DNA of 64,000 bases, taken from NCBI GenBank assembly GCA_040387495.1, contig JAZKDQ010000003.1, positions 62,001 through 126,000 of the forward strand, given 5' to 3'. Under the pieces are notes generated by a model. It had not been told where the DNA came from, made no database searches, and was given only the letters and a program-made list of their open reading frames with translations. Positions 48,608 through 59,070 of this stretch are shown here, one piece after another; position 1 is the stretch's first letter, and the number at the start of each line of letters is the position of its first letter. The stretch is from Pseudomonadota bacterium (GTDB lineage Bacteria > Pseudomonadota > Alphaproteobacteria > Paracaedibacterales > CAIOTO01). The translations under genes and the position numbers were made by a program.

Positions 48608-48903
48608 ATATGACGATCATAAGCCAACTTGTTGATTTTTAAGACGTAATTTTGTCCACTAAACTCGTCTTTAAAAACCGGCGATAGTGAAATTATTCGC
48701 AGTTTTAAAGACTTGTTTTTTGATCAAATTTAAAGACTTAAAATTTCAACATTTTGATTCACGATTAGTACAAATAAATATCACCTTGAAAATATTTTTT
48801 AGCATTAGCTTGGGGAAATTATGGTTTTGTATATGATTGCATGTGGGTTGCTTTAATTTCTTATCTTATGCAAAATTAATTTAAATATTTTAATTTTGAG
48901 ATT

Positions 48904-50058
48904 TTGAAGATGAACAAAATTTATGGTCAATTACCCCTTGTTATTATTGGAATGTTTATATTTTCCTCACCAACTATGGGGTCTAGCATTTTTAATTCTT
49001 TTTTTGGAGACAATACCAGCAAGGGATCTGCTGCTAGCATAACGCACAAAATATTTGCAGATCCTCTTAAGAAAAAGAGAGATGCAAAGGTAACCGTTGC
49101 GAATATTAAGTTAGTATCTGTTGCTTCTAATAGCCAATCAGTTTCTAAAGTGACAGCACCTATATCCTCCGTTCGAGAAGAAGATGCTATTAATTGGACT
49201 GACCCTGATGACCTGGGGCGATATTTTTCTGTTAGTGAACGCAAAATTGATTGGGATAATATAAAGGACATTTTTTGTGTTGTATACCAGTTGCCGTTAG
49301 AAGAATCTTCTGTGCATTTGCATAGAGTTGATACAATTGCGGAGTTTGGTAAAGATAAGCCTTATTTGTTTTTTAACATTAACTCTGGCTGCATTAAACC
49401 AGAGGCCATTCTACCCATTTTAAGAGATTTAGAAGACTTTGAATTTGATATTAACCTCACTTTTGCAACGTTAAGTAATGAATTTAGCATTGATGCTTTT
49501 GAGGGATATGTTGCAAATGTTAAAGACACAACATCAATTTTTTTAAATTTATCATTTCCATCTCGATTGTGGGATGTATGGGGAATTAAACATACTAAGG
49601 CGAGCTTTATTGAAAGACGTGGCAATCTTGATAAAGTAAAAATAAACGATTTAATACGATTAAATAGTTTTGCAAATTATCAGCAAATTTTAAGCTTGAA
49701 TTTATCGTTAAATGATTTAGACGATGATTGTGCAAAGTGCATTAGCAATATAAGAAGATTAAAAGCACTTTATTTATGTCACAATGAGATTACAAGCACG
49801 GGAGTTAGATATTTTAGTGTTTTGACAGATTTACGAATTTTGACACTTAATTATAATTTAATTTGTATTGATGACAATTTAGATGATTTGAAATCATTGA
49901 CGAATTTAAGGTATTTGATTTTGAGTGCAGGCCATTTAACTTTTTCGCTTGTAGAGCTGCAAGACGCTTTGCCAAATTGTTTTATGGTCCCTAGTCCTAA
50001 GAAGAAAATCATAGATAATGATTCTAGTTCAGAATCTATGATGTCAGAGCTGAATTAA
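48904..50058 (+). CDS. Leucine-rich-repeat protein with N-terminal signal-like peptide (candidate effector)
   Basis: LRRs ILSLNLSLNDL, LKALYLCHNEI, LRILTLNYNLI, LRYLILSAGHL; low GC. Confidence 0.8.
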   Translation: MKMNKIYGQLPLVIIGMFIFSSPTMGSSIFNSFFGDNTSKGSAASITHKIFADPLKKKRDAKVTVANIKLVSVASNSQSVSKVTAPISSVREEDAINWTDPDDLGRYFSVSERKIDWDNIKDIFCVVYQLPLEESSVHLHRVDTIAEFGKDKPYLFFNINSGCIKPEAILPILRDLEDFEFDINLTFATLSNEFSIDAFEGYVANVKDTTSIFLNLSFPSRLWDVWGIKHTKASFIERRGNLDKVKINDLIRLNSFANYQQILSLNLSLNDLDDDCAKCISNIRRLKALYLCHNEITSTGVRYFSVLTDLRILTLNYNLICIDDNLDDLKSLTNLRYLILSAGHLTFSLVELQDALPNCFMVPSPKKKIIDNDSSSESMMSELN

Positions 50059-50069
50059 ATACAATAAAG

Positions 50070-51506
50070 TTAATGCTGTGTGTTCAAATACGAATCAATC
50101 CGAGCTAACGTTTCATCTTTTCCTAAAATCTCCATAACCTCAAAGAGGCTAGGTGAAACTGTACGATGTGTTAATGCCACGCGTAACGGTTGTGCAAGGG
50201 CGCCAAGTTTTATATCAAGCTTTTGCGCGCATTCACGCATAATAGTTTCAAGAGCACCATGAGTAAAATCGGATGTCACTAGAGCTGTGCGTAAGACAGA
50301 AATGTATTGTTTGCTTGTGTCATTACAAAATGCGATAGCTTTTTCATCATAATCAGCTGGCAGACGCGTATAAACAAGAGCGCCTTCGGCAAGCTCGAGC
50401 ATTGTTTTTGCACGCTCTTTAAGGCCATCCATACCCCGTAGAATGCGGTCATATTCGATTGGTGTTATGTCTCTTCCTAATTTTTCTGTTAAGAATGGCA
50501 TAGTGAGTTCATATAAATATTTATTCTCTGCTGCACGGATATAATGCCCATTCAGATTAGTCATTTTTGCCATATCAAGGCGTGCTGGTGCGCGGCCAAT
50601 ACCAGGTAAATCAAACCATTCGATGGCTTGTTCAGTCGAGATAATTTCGTCGTCTCCATGACCCCAACCAAGCTTTAATAAATAGTTACGCATTGCTTCT
50701 GGCAGGAAACCCATTGCTTTGTATTCGTCAGCGCCCATCGCACCATGACGTTTCGAAAGTTTGGCACCGTCTGCGCCGTGGATCAGTGGAATGTGTGCGA
50801 ATTGTGGAACATTCCAACCGCATGCCTCGTAGATTTGTTTTTGACGAAATGCGTTTGTTAAGTGGTCATCGCCGCGAATAATATGGGAAATGTGCATATC
50901 ATGATCATCAACAATCACAGATAGCATGTACGTTGGCGAGCCATCAGCACGAAGCAATATCAGGTCATCCAGTTGTTTGTTTTGAACACGCACTTCCCCT
51001 TGGACTAAGTCTTGAATGACTGTTTCACCGTCTTGCGGCGTTTTGAAACGAACGACGGGTTTGACGCCCTCAGGTTTTAACGCTTGATCACGATCGCGCC
51101 AAAAACCATTATACCGTGGTGGTAGGCCATTTGCTTTTGCTTCTTCACGCATTTGGTCAACTTCTCCGGGTGAGCAGTAGCAATAATAGGCTTTGCCATC
51201 TGCCACCAATTTATGTGCAATTTCGCTGTGGCGTGAGAGGCGTTCGGATTGAAATACAACGTCATGATCCGTTTCAAGTCCAAGCCATTTTAGACTACTA
51301 AAAATAGCATCAACGGCTTCTTTAGTGGAGCGTTCACGGTCAGTATCTTCGATACGCACCAAAAATCGTCCCCCAGTGTGCTTTGCAAAAAGCCAATTAA
51401 AAAGAGCCGTCCGCGCACCGCCAATATGAAGGTAACCCGTTGGGCTGGGAGCGAAGCGAACGATTGGTTTGTCACTGGTTTGAAAAGGGGAAGTTGAGTG
51501 CGTCAT
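50070..51506 (-). CDS. gltX: Glutamate--tRNA ligase
   Basis: RFAPSPTGYLHIGG, IIRGDDH, KLSKR. Confidence 0.98.
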   Translation of the reverse strand: MTHSTSPFQTSDKPIVRFAPSPTGYLHIGGARTALFNWLFAKHTGGRFLVRIEDTDRERSTKEAVDAIFSSLKWLGLETDHDVVFQSERLSRHSEIAHKLVADGKAYYCYCSPGEVDQMREEAKANGLPPRYNGFWRDRDQALKPEGVKPVVRFKTPQDGETVIQDLVQGEVRVQNKQLDDLILLRADGSPTYMLSVIVDDHDMHISHIIRGDDHLTNAFRQKQIYEACGWNVPQFAHIPLIHGADGAKLSKRHGAMGADEYKAMGFLPEAMRNYLLKLGWGHGDDEIISTEQAIEWFDLPGIGRAPARLDMAKMTNLNGHYIRAAENKYLYELTMPFLTEKLGRDITPIEYDRILRGMDGLKERAKTMLELAEGALVYTRLPADYDEKAIAFCNDTSKQYISVLRTALVTSDFTHGALETIMRECAQKLDIKLGALAQPLRVALTHRTVSPSLFEVMEILGKDETLARIDSYLNTQH

Positions 51507-51740
51507 GAGAGGCCTGTTGTTTTATGTATAATTGTGTTGGTGCAGCTTAGCAAATTAGGTGGAGCGGGGACAAGGGATTGTTAAATTTAGTGTGGCTTCA
51601 TTTCGTAAATTTATTATTTGCCTGCTTTAATCAGAAAGCTTTTAAATATTTATTTTTTTGTCAATAATGGAAAACTAAGATAGTGTAGGGTAATCTAAAA
51701 AACATTTAAAATCAGAAATCTCATTTTTTAAGCTTAGTAC

Positions 51741-52273
51741 ATGAAGAAGAAATTCAAAGGCCTTTCAACTCTGACTTAATCCATGCCGACTTACTGGCCA
51801 CTCAGAATCTGGTTTATGATGTAGCTGCGTTTGCCTACTCTCAGCCATTAATTGAAGTAGATAATGCCCAATATGGAGGTTGCACATTTAATCTGAATAA
51901 CTTAAGTATTCGCTTTCGTGTAGCCAAAATTACCCCAAAGAAAATAGGACAATTTGTCACGTTATGGCAAAGGATTGGAAAATCACCAGCCCCCTTTGAT
52001 TTGTCGGATCCAGTCGATTTTATTGTGGTTAGTGTTAGGAATGAAAATCTTTTGGGACAATTTGTATTTCCAAAAGCGGTGCTAAGTGAGAAGGGTATCT
52101 TGTCAGAAAAGGGCAAGGGCGGAAAAATGGGGATACGTGTTTACCCGCCATGGGATAAAACCATTAGTCTGCAAGCACAAAAGACTCAAAAATGGCAGTT
52201 AAAATATTTCTTGGAAATACCTAGTGATCTGCCAATAAACAAGTTTAGTTTACACACGTTGTATGGGTTTTAG
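51741..52273 (+). pseudogene. MepB-family protein with lost or frameshifted start
   Basis: Frame open 51710-52273 encodes full MepB pattern (RFRVAKITPKKIGQFVTLW, GQFVFPK, GKMGIRVYPPWD, QAQKTQKWQ) but has no ATG/GTG/TTG before 52001; ATG at 51741 is out of frame. Confidence 0.75.
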
Positions 52274-52387
52274 AATTTTAAAATATCCATTTCCATTCAC
52301 CATCCATAAGGTCACGCAGAACAATTCCTTGCGGCCACGCCTACATTTCGCTACCCTAAAGACAGTGCAATTTACACGATATTTTTA

Positions 52388-52957
52388 ATGAACTCCTTTT
52401 CATTCTCTGCTGACTCTTTGGCAAAAATCGATACAATTCTGACTCATTACCCCGCTGAACGCAAAGCAAGTGCAGTATTGCCTTTGCTTGATCTTGCGCA
52501 GCGTGAAAGCGGTGGATGGTTGCCGACGCCAGCGATGGAAGCTGTCGCAACAATACTTAATATGTCATTTATTCGTGTGTACGAGGTTGCAACATTCTAC
52601 ACGATGTTTAATTTGAAACCGGTTGGGAAATACCACCTGCAAGTATGTGGTACGACGCCGTGTTGGCTGCGTGGCGCCGAAGATATTATGAACACATGCA
52701 AAAAGCATCTGGGTATTCAAAAGGGAGACACAACAGACGATGGCTTGTTTACGCTCTCTGAATTCGAGTGTTTAGGTGCGTGCGTCAATGCTCCAGTTGT
52801 ACAAATTAACGATGATTATTTTGAAGATTTAACACCTGAGAAAATGGTGGAAGTGCTTGATGATCTAAAAGCAGGAAAAATCCTTCATACGGGATCGCAA
52901 ATTGGGCGACAATGTTCAAAGGCGGTTAATTCGGCGAAGGTTGGTGAATCATGCTAA
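52388..52957 (+). CDS. nuoE: NADH-quinone oxidoreductase subunit E
   Basis: [25 protein letters not shown]. Confidence 0.97.
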   Translation: MNSFSFSADSLAKIDTILTHYPAERKASAVLPLLDLAQRESGGWLPTPAMEAVATILNMSFIRVYEVATFYTMFNLKPVGKYHLQVCGTTPCWLRGAEDIMNTCKKHLGIQKGDTTDDGLFTLSEFECLGACVNAPVVQINDDYFEDLTPEKMVEVLDDLKAGKILHTGSQIGRQCSKAVNSAKVGESC

Positions 52958-54225
52958 AAATAGAAGACCGTATTTTTCAGAACCTCTATGGTGAACAGTC
53001 AGTTGATCTAAAAGCTGCAAAATCACGTGGTGATTGGTCAAACACAAACGAAATTATTGCGAACGGCCGTGATTGGATCGTTGCTGAGGTAAAGGCATCA
53101 GGATTACGTGGGCGTGGTGGCGCAGGGTTTTCGACCGGTATGAAATGGTCGTTTATTCCAAAAGACACAAGCCCCTACCCAGTATACTTGGTTATTAATG
53201 CAGACGAAAGCGAACCTGGCACGTGCAAAGACCGTGATATTTTACGAAATGAGCCACATAAATTGCTTGAGGGAGCACTGATTGCGGCTGTGGGAATTGG
53301 CGCAAACGTTGGATACATCTATATTCGCGGCGAGTATTACAATGAATCCGTTGCGTTGCAAAAGGCCATTGATGAGGCGTATGCAGCCGGTTTGCTTGGT
53401 AAAAATGCTGCAAAGTCTGGCTGGGATTTTGATTTGTACCTGCATCGCGGGGCAGGAGCGTATATCTGCGGAGAGGAAACAGCACTACTTGAAAGCCTTG
53501 AAGGTAAAAAAGGTATGCCACGCCTAAAACCTCCATTTCCAGCAAACATTGGCCTTTATGGTTGCCCAACGATTATCAATAACGTTGAAACTATTGCTGT
53601 TGTACCAACAATTTTGAGGCGGGGCAGTGCCTGGTTTGCAGAGCTCGGACGGCCAAATAACACAGGCACAAAGATTTTTTGTATTTCAGGGCATGTGAAT
53701 AAACCATGCAATGTGGAAGAAGAAATGGGGATACCACTTCGAGAACTGATTGATAAGCATGCAGGTGGTGTACGTGGTGGTTGGAACAATTTAAAGGCTA
53801 TTATTCCTGGCGGTTCGTCTGTACCGCTTTTGCCAAAACATGTATGTGATTCTGTCTTGATGGATTTTGATAGCTTGCGCGCCGAGGGATCAGGCCTTGG
53901 CACCGCTGGTGTGATAGTGATGGATCAATCAACGGATGTGATTAAAGCGATTGCGCGCTTGAGCAAGTTCTATATGCATGAAAGCTGCGGTCAATGCACC
54001 CCTTGCCGGGAAGGTACTGGTTGGATGTGGCGCATGATGGAAAAACTTGTAAAAGGCGATGGTGTATCATCGGATATTGATTTGTTGCTCGAGGTGACAA
54101 AACAAGTCGAAGGTCATACTATTTGCGCGCTAGGTGATGCTGCAGCATGGCCAATTCAAGGGCTTGTGCGGCATTTTAGGGGCGATATTGAAGAACGTAT
54201 AAGATTAAATTCAAAAATAGCGTAA
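52951..54225 (+). CDS. nuoF: NADH-quinone oxidoreductase subunit F
   Basis: [43 protein letters not shown]. Confidence 0.98.
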   Translation: MLKIEDRIFQNLYGEQSVDLKAAKSRGDWSNTNEIIANGRDWIVAEVKASGLRGRGGAGFSTGMKWSFIPKDTSPYPVYLVINADESEPGTCKDRDILRNEPHKLLEGALIAAVGIGANVGYIYIRGEYYNESVALQKAIDEAYAAGLLGKNAAKSGWDFDLYLHRGAGAYICGEETALLESLEGKKGMPRLKPPFPANIGLYGCPTIINNVETIAVVPTILRRGSAWFAELGRPNNTGTKIFCISGHVNKPCNVEEEMGIPLRELIDKHAGGVRGGWNNLKAIIPGGSSVPLLPKHVCDSVLMDFDSLRAEGSGLGTAGVIVMDQSTDVIKAIARLSKFYMHESCGQCTPCREGTGWMWRMMEKLVKGDGVSSDIDLLLEVTKQVEGHTICALGDAAAWPIQGLVRHFRGDIEERIRLNSKIA

Positions 54226-54348
54226 ACTCTTGAAGGGAATTATATCCTTGAATCACTTAGGTTTTGAGAGGTTATATAAAACATAATTTCTTAGAAAAAT
54301 CTATGCCCATTAAACTTTATTTCTTACGTTTTTAATTTATATTTAGCT

Positions 54349-54798
54349 ATGGAAATGTTTTTTCATAGCTATCATAGCAAATTAGAAAATATGTCAAAAA
54401 GATTTTATCACTTTTCTTCCTTTTGGGCGACTCTGTTAGGAACAGTTAATATAGGTCTTTTTTGTTTTGTACTACGTATCATTTACAGTGATCATTTTGT
54501 AAATAATGCAAATTATGGATTAGATGCTATATCTATCCAATTTTCAATAATGAATATTATGCTAATTTGTGTTAGTATTTTTTTAGTAGTAGCTGGCGTT
54601 GTCGGATATGGTGGGCTTAAATCTCATGCTGAGGAAATTGCTAAGAAAACAGCACATGAAGTTGCTAAATCAGAAATGATTGAATTCTTAGCAAAGCAAA
54701 GTCAAGATGAACGAACATATTCCCAGACTTCATCAATTCAAGAGCACACTATCAATAATGAAACGTTAAAACGTTTTAAACCGGAAACAGCATTATGA
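54349..54798 (+). CDS. Hypothetical 2-TM membrane protein with C-terminal coiled coil (candidate toxin)
   Basis: TM segments FWATLLGTVNIGLFCFVL and IMNIMLICVSIFLVVAGVVGY, then AEEIAKKTAHEVAK; low GC; ATGA overlap with next gene. Confidence 0.75.
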   Translation: MEMFFHSYHSKLENMSKRFYHFSSFWATLLGTVNIGLFCFVLRIIYSDHFVNNANYGLDAISIQFSIMNIMLICVSIFLVVAGVVGYGGLKSHAEEIAKKTAHEVAKSEMIEFLAKQSQDERTYSQTSSIQEHTINNETLKRFKPETAL

Positions 54799-55268
54799 GA
54801 ATACCAACAGCGCTTGATATTATCAAAGCTTACCAGATAATAACCCCTGTTCAGGTTATTCCAATCGCAAAAGAATTAGGTGTGCCCGTTTATTCAATTG
54901 AGGACTGGCCTGATAATTTATCTGGAAAATTACAAAAAGATGATACAAGTGATTCCGGGTTTGTCATTTATGTGAATGCAAATCACTCAGATACACGAAA
55001 GCGGTTTACGATTGCGCATGAAATTGCACATTTTATCTTACACAAAGACTTGATAGTGGGGGATGCCCTTGTTGATGATGCACTTTATCGAAGTGGACTG
55101 AGTAATTCTGTGGAAGCGGCAGCTAATAAAATGGCAGCGGACATCTTAATGCCATGGCGTCTAATCGATTGTGCTATTAATGAAGGCATTGCAACGGTTC
55201 CTTTATTAGCCGAAAAGTTTAATGTATCAAATAGCGCAATGTCCATTAGGCTGGGAGTGCCTGATTAA
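54795..55268 (+). CDS. ImmA/IrrE-family (peptidase M78/DUF955) metallo-endopeptidase, no N-terminal Xre HTH
   Basis: IYVN, RKRFTIAHEIAH, EAAANKMAADILMP, LAEKFNVS..AM.IRL. Confidence 0.93.
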   Translation: MRIPTALDIIKAYQIITPVQVIPIAKELGVPVYSIEDWPDNLSGKLQKDDTSDSGFVIYVNANHSDTRKRFTIAHEIAHFILHKDLIVGDALVDDALYRSGLSNSVEAAANKMAADILMPWRLIDCAINEGIATVPLLAEKFNVSNSAMSIRLGVPD

Positions 55269-55280
55269 CAAAAGGTGTTT

Positions 55281-56324
55281 TTACCCCAGCAGCTTTCCAA
55301 CGATCTTAGCCGTATAATCTACCAATGGAATAATGCGGCTATAATTCATACGGGATGGACCAATGACGCCGATGGCACCGATGATTTTTTGTTCGGCATT
55401 ATGATAGGGGGACACCACAAGTGAACAACCTGAAACGTGAAATAAACTATTTTCTGCACCAATGAAAATTTGCACACCTTCTGCTTGAATGGACGCATCC
55501 AATAATTGTTGTAACGTTTCTTTCGTGTCGAGTGTTTGAAATAATGTTCGTATTTGATCAAGTTCTGTTAATTCGGTGACGCTATCCAATAAATGTGATT
55601 GACCTTTTACGATAAGTGATCCGCCACGTTCGCCGCCTGCCCAAACGCCAAGACCCATCTCTACCACTTTTGTCGTAAGTTCATCTAACTGTGCTTTTTG
55701 CTGACGTAATTCTTCCATAATCATATGGCGTGCATCAACAAGGGTACGACCAAATATACGTGCACTTAAGTAATTTGATGCTTCATTAAGGACTGATTGG
55801 GTAATTGATGGGGGCAGATCAATAATGCGATTTTCGATATTACCATCTTGCGAGATCAGAACAACCAAGGCACGCCCAGGCGCAAGGTGTACAAATTCAA
55901 GATGTTTGAGCAGTGAATCACTTTTTGGTGCCATAACCAGGCCGGCGCATGATGATAAACCAGATAGCATGGATGATGCTTGTTCCAGGACACTATCAAT
56001 GCTTAAGCCAGAACTTTTGCAGCGGCGTTCAATTTCAGCACGTTCAGGTTCTTTTATATCGCCAACTTCAAGCAAGCCGTCAACGAAATAGCGAAGGCCT
56101 GCATCGGTGGGAAGACGTCCTGCAGATGTATGCGGTGCATAAAGAAGGCCAGCTTCTTCAAGGTCAGCCATAACATTGCGAATTGTGGCAGGAGATAGTG
56201 GCTGACGAAGACGACGTGAGAGTGTGCGAGAGCCAACAGGTTCCCCCGTTTCGATATAGGTATCGATTATTTCCCTGAAAACTTCGATCGAGCGATCATT
56301 AAGTTCTGCGACGGTGAGGGACAT
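55281..56324 (-). CDS. hrcA: Heat-inducible transcription repressor HrcA
   Basis: GEPVGSR, SPATIRNVMADLE, PHTSAGR.PT..G.R, IGP.RMNY. Confidence 0.98.
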   Translation of the reverse strand: MSLTVAELNDRSIEVFREIIDTYIETGEPVGSRTLSRRLRQPLSPATIRNVMADLEEAGLLYAPHTSAGRLPTDAGLRYFVDGLLEVGDIKEPERAEIERRCKSSGLSIDSVLEQASSMLSGLSSCAGLVMAPKSDSLLKHLEFVHLAPGRALVVLISQDGNIENRIIDLPPSITQSVLNEASNYLSARIFGRTLVDARHMIMEELRQQKAQLDELTTKVVEMGLGVWAGGERGGSLIVKGQSHLLDSVTELTELDQIRTLFQTLDTKETLQQLLDASIQAEGVQIFIGAENSLFHVSGCSLVVSPYHNAEQKIIGAIGVIGPSRMNYSRIIPLVDYTAKIVGKLLG

Positions 56325-56347
56325 GTTTGGCTCTCTTTAGTTTTTAA

Positions 56348-57301
56348 TTATGCGAATTTTTCAGCAGAATTTTCATTCGCTGATGCACCTTTTTTAAGGG
56401 CAACATCACCACGTTTGATTTTTAAATACATCAATAATGGAGCTGCTAAGCAAATCGATGAAAATGATCCAATGATAATACCTAAAAGAATTGGAAGACT
56501 AAAGTCTGAAATAACTTTTCCACCAAACAAGTATAAGGAAGTGACAGCAAGCAGGGTAGTAGTAGCTGTCATCGTTGTACGTGATAATGTTTCATTCAAG
56601 CTTTTGTTGATGAGTTCGCCAATTTCCATTTTTTTGTATTTGCGTAGTCCTTCGCGGATACGGTCAAAAATAACGATGGTATCATTAATAGAATAACCAG
56701 CGGTAATTAGGACTGCAATGATCGCAGTTTCATTAAATTCAAATGACGGAAATAACGAAAATAAACCAAGGATTGCAATACAGTCATGAGCAAGTGCGAC
56801 AATGGCGCATACAGCAAACTGCCATTCAAAACGAAACGCAATATAAAGCAGCATGGCTATAAGCGATAACGAAATAGCTTTTATAGCATTGTCTACGAGT
56901 TCAGCCCCAACTTTTGGTCCAACAGTATCAATCTTTCGGTAATCAACACCTGCACCTAAGGTTGTTTTTACCTTATCAATGGCTATGTTTTGTGCTGTTT
57001 CATCACCATGTTGATGTTCTAGTTTAATAAGCAAATCACGGTCAGTGCCAACTTGTTGTATCATGACTTCACCTAGATGGAGTGCATTCAGTTTATCACG
57101 GAGTTGAGTAACATCTTGTGAATTAGGCATGCGCACTTCAAGGATGTAACCACCCTTAAAGTCTATGCCATAATTAAGCCCTTTATACATAACTCCTGCA
57201 AGGGACACAACTGTTATGACGGCCGCTATAGCGAATGGTATAAATCGAAAACCAATGAAATTGATATTCGTGTTATGTGGAACAATTTGAAGACGTTTCA
57301 T
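56348..57301 (-). CDS. secF: Protein translocase subunit SecF
   Basis: GIDFKGG, VGPKVG.EL, GYSINDTIVIFDRIRE, TLSRT. Confidence 0.97.
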   Translation of the reverse strand: MKRLQIVPHNTNINFIGFRFIPFAIAAVITVVSLAGVMYKGLNYGIDFKGGYILEVRMPNSQDVTQLRDKLNALHLGEVMIQQVGTDRDLLIKLEHQHGDETAQNIAIDKVKTTLGAGVDYRKIDTVGPKVGAELVDNAIKAISLSLIAMLLYIAFRFEWQFAVCAIVALAHDCIAILGLFSLFPSFEFNETAIIAVLITAGYSINDTIVIFDRIREGLRKYKKMEIGELINKSLNETLSRTTMTATTTLLAVTSLYLFGGKVISDFSLPILLGIIIGSFSSICLAAPLLMYLKIKRGDVALKKGASANENSAEKFA

Positions 57302-57320
57302 AAAAATCTCTCATAAATTT

Positions 57321-57411
57321 TGTCGTCCCCGGGCTTGACCTGGGGATCTTGTATTTTGTTCTAGTTCATTTTCATCTTTTATAGATCCCCGGGTCAAACC
57401 CGGGGGCGACA
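57321..57411. repeat. RPE4-like palindromic element between secD and secF
   Basis: Arms TGTCGTCCCCGGGCTTGACCTGGGGATCT / AGATCCCCGGGTCAAACCCGGGGGCGACA. Confidence 0.85.
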
Positions 57412-57429
57412 TAAAAAGTGAAGGCTTCC

Positions 57430-59049
57430 TTAAATAGGCAATGTCGTTGCTTTTGGGCGACTTTTTAGCCATGTAACAATGATTAATCGTGACAAGGATA
57501 ATGAGGTAAACAATGAAATCAAAATACCCAAAGCCAGTGTTACAGCAAACCCACGAATTGGGCCTGAACCAAATTCAAAGAGGACAGCAGCACCAAATAG
57601 CGTTGTCAAGTTTGAGTCGATAATAGTCATCATTGCGCGCTTGTAGCCAGCATCAACAGCTGTTACTGGTTTGACGCCACTGCGAAGCTCTTCTTTGATG
57701 CGCTCGTAAATCAAGACGTTTGCGTCGACAGCCATACCAATGGTAAGTGCTATACCCGCAATACCTGGAAGTGTGAGTGTTGCTTGTAAGATGGATAATC
57801 CAGCAAACAAAAAGATCATGTTAAAGACCAGTGCAACGCCTGCAAACAAACCAAAGGTGGCATAGCTTAAGAACATAAACGTGGCAACGAGTATGAATGC
57901 TATTATCACCGCTGTTTGACCTGCATGAATTGAATCCGCACCAAGGCTTGGTCCTACGGTTTTTTCTTCGATAATCTTAAGTGGAGCGGGAAGGGCGCCA
58001 GCACGAAGTAATAAGGCTAAGTCATGTGCACCTTGCGGTGTGAAGTGTCCTGAAATCTGTCCATCGCCAGTGGTGATAGGTTCTTTGAATACAGGTGCGC
58101 TAATAACTTGGTTATCAAGTACAATCGCAAATTGCTTTTGAGGGTTGTCACGTGACATTTCTGCGAATTTTCGGCCACCAACACTGTTGAATTTTAGTGA
58201 TACAGCTGGTTGCCCCTTTTGATCAAACGTACTTTGTGCATTAACGAGTGTTTCACCACTTACCATAACCTGCTTTTTTACAGGAATGTAAGTAATGTGT
58301 TTTTTTTCTTTTCCTTGCTCTATTACAGAACGCTCTTCCGGTAAATAGTCCACGGTTGCCGTTGATGGAGGTACACGGCTTGGATTGCTTGGATCTGCTG
58401 GAATTGGTTGTAAGGTTGCATCAACCAAACGGAAGGTCATCTTTGCTGTTTTACCAATACGACGTTTTACTTCCGCTGGATCATCAACACCAGGAAGTTG
58501 CAGTATAATGCGATCAGTGCCTTGACGTTGTAAAATAGGTTCTTTTGTTCCGCTTTCGTCTATGCGACGGCGAATAACTTCGATTGATTGCTCAACCAAC
58601 GCTTTTTTACGCTTTTCAAAAGCTTCTTCTTCTATTCGTGCAAGGACTTGATCGCCTGTGATAGTAACTGTTACGTTTTTATCAACTTCAAAAAATATTT
58701 TCCTTATCTTTGCCGCATCTTCTGGATTACGTAACGTCATGTTAAGCGTTGGTGTAGCTGCTTTTTTATCAACTACTAGGCCAGTGTATCCAATTTGATC
58801 CTTTCGAAGACGAGCACGTACATCATCCACAAGCTGATGAAGTTGGTCACTTGCAACAGCCTTAAGGTCAACTTCCAGCTGCAGGTGTGAGCCACCACGC
58901 AGTTCAAGCCCTAGGCTAATCTTATTTTGAAGCCATGATGGCATCAGTGAAAGCATTGCCGGTGTTGATACGTTCGGCAGTGCGAATAAAAGACCCAAAA
59001 GGCATGTGCCAATGATGAGCCAAAATTTCCAACGAGGAATTGCTAACAT
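57430..59049 (-). CDS. secD: Protein translocase subunit SecD
   Basis: LGLELRGG, G.DRI..QLPG, LRAGALPAP, GMAVDANVLIYERIKEE. Confidence 0.98.
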   Translation of the reverse strand: MLAIPRWKFWLIIGTCLLGLLFALPNVSTPAMLSLMPSWLQNKISLGLELRGGSHLQLEVDLKAVASDQLHQLVDDVRARLRKDQIGYTGLVVDKKAATPTLNMTLRNPEDAAKIRKIFFEVDKNVTVTITGDQVLARIEEEAFEKRKKALVEQSIEVIRRRIDESGTKEPILQRQGTDRIILQLPGVDDPAEVKRRIGKTAKMTFRLVDATLQPIPADPSNPSRVPPSTATVDYLPEERSVIEQGKEKKHITYIPVKKQVMVSGETLVNAQSTFDQKGQPAVSLKFNSVGGRKFAEMSRDNPQKQFAIVLDNQVISAPVFKEPITTGDGQISGHFTPQGAHDLALLLRAGALPAPLKIIEEKTVGPSLGADSIHAGQTAVIIAFILVATFMFLSYATFGLFAGVALVFNMIFLFAGLSILQATLTLPGIAGIALTIGMAVDANVLIYERIKEELRSGVKPVTAVDAGYKRAMMTIIDSNLTTLFGAAVLFEFGSGPIRGFAVTLALGILISLFTSLSLSRLIIVTWLKSRPKATTLPI

Positions 59050-59070
59050 AAAGAATCTCTTGAGTAACAG

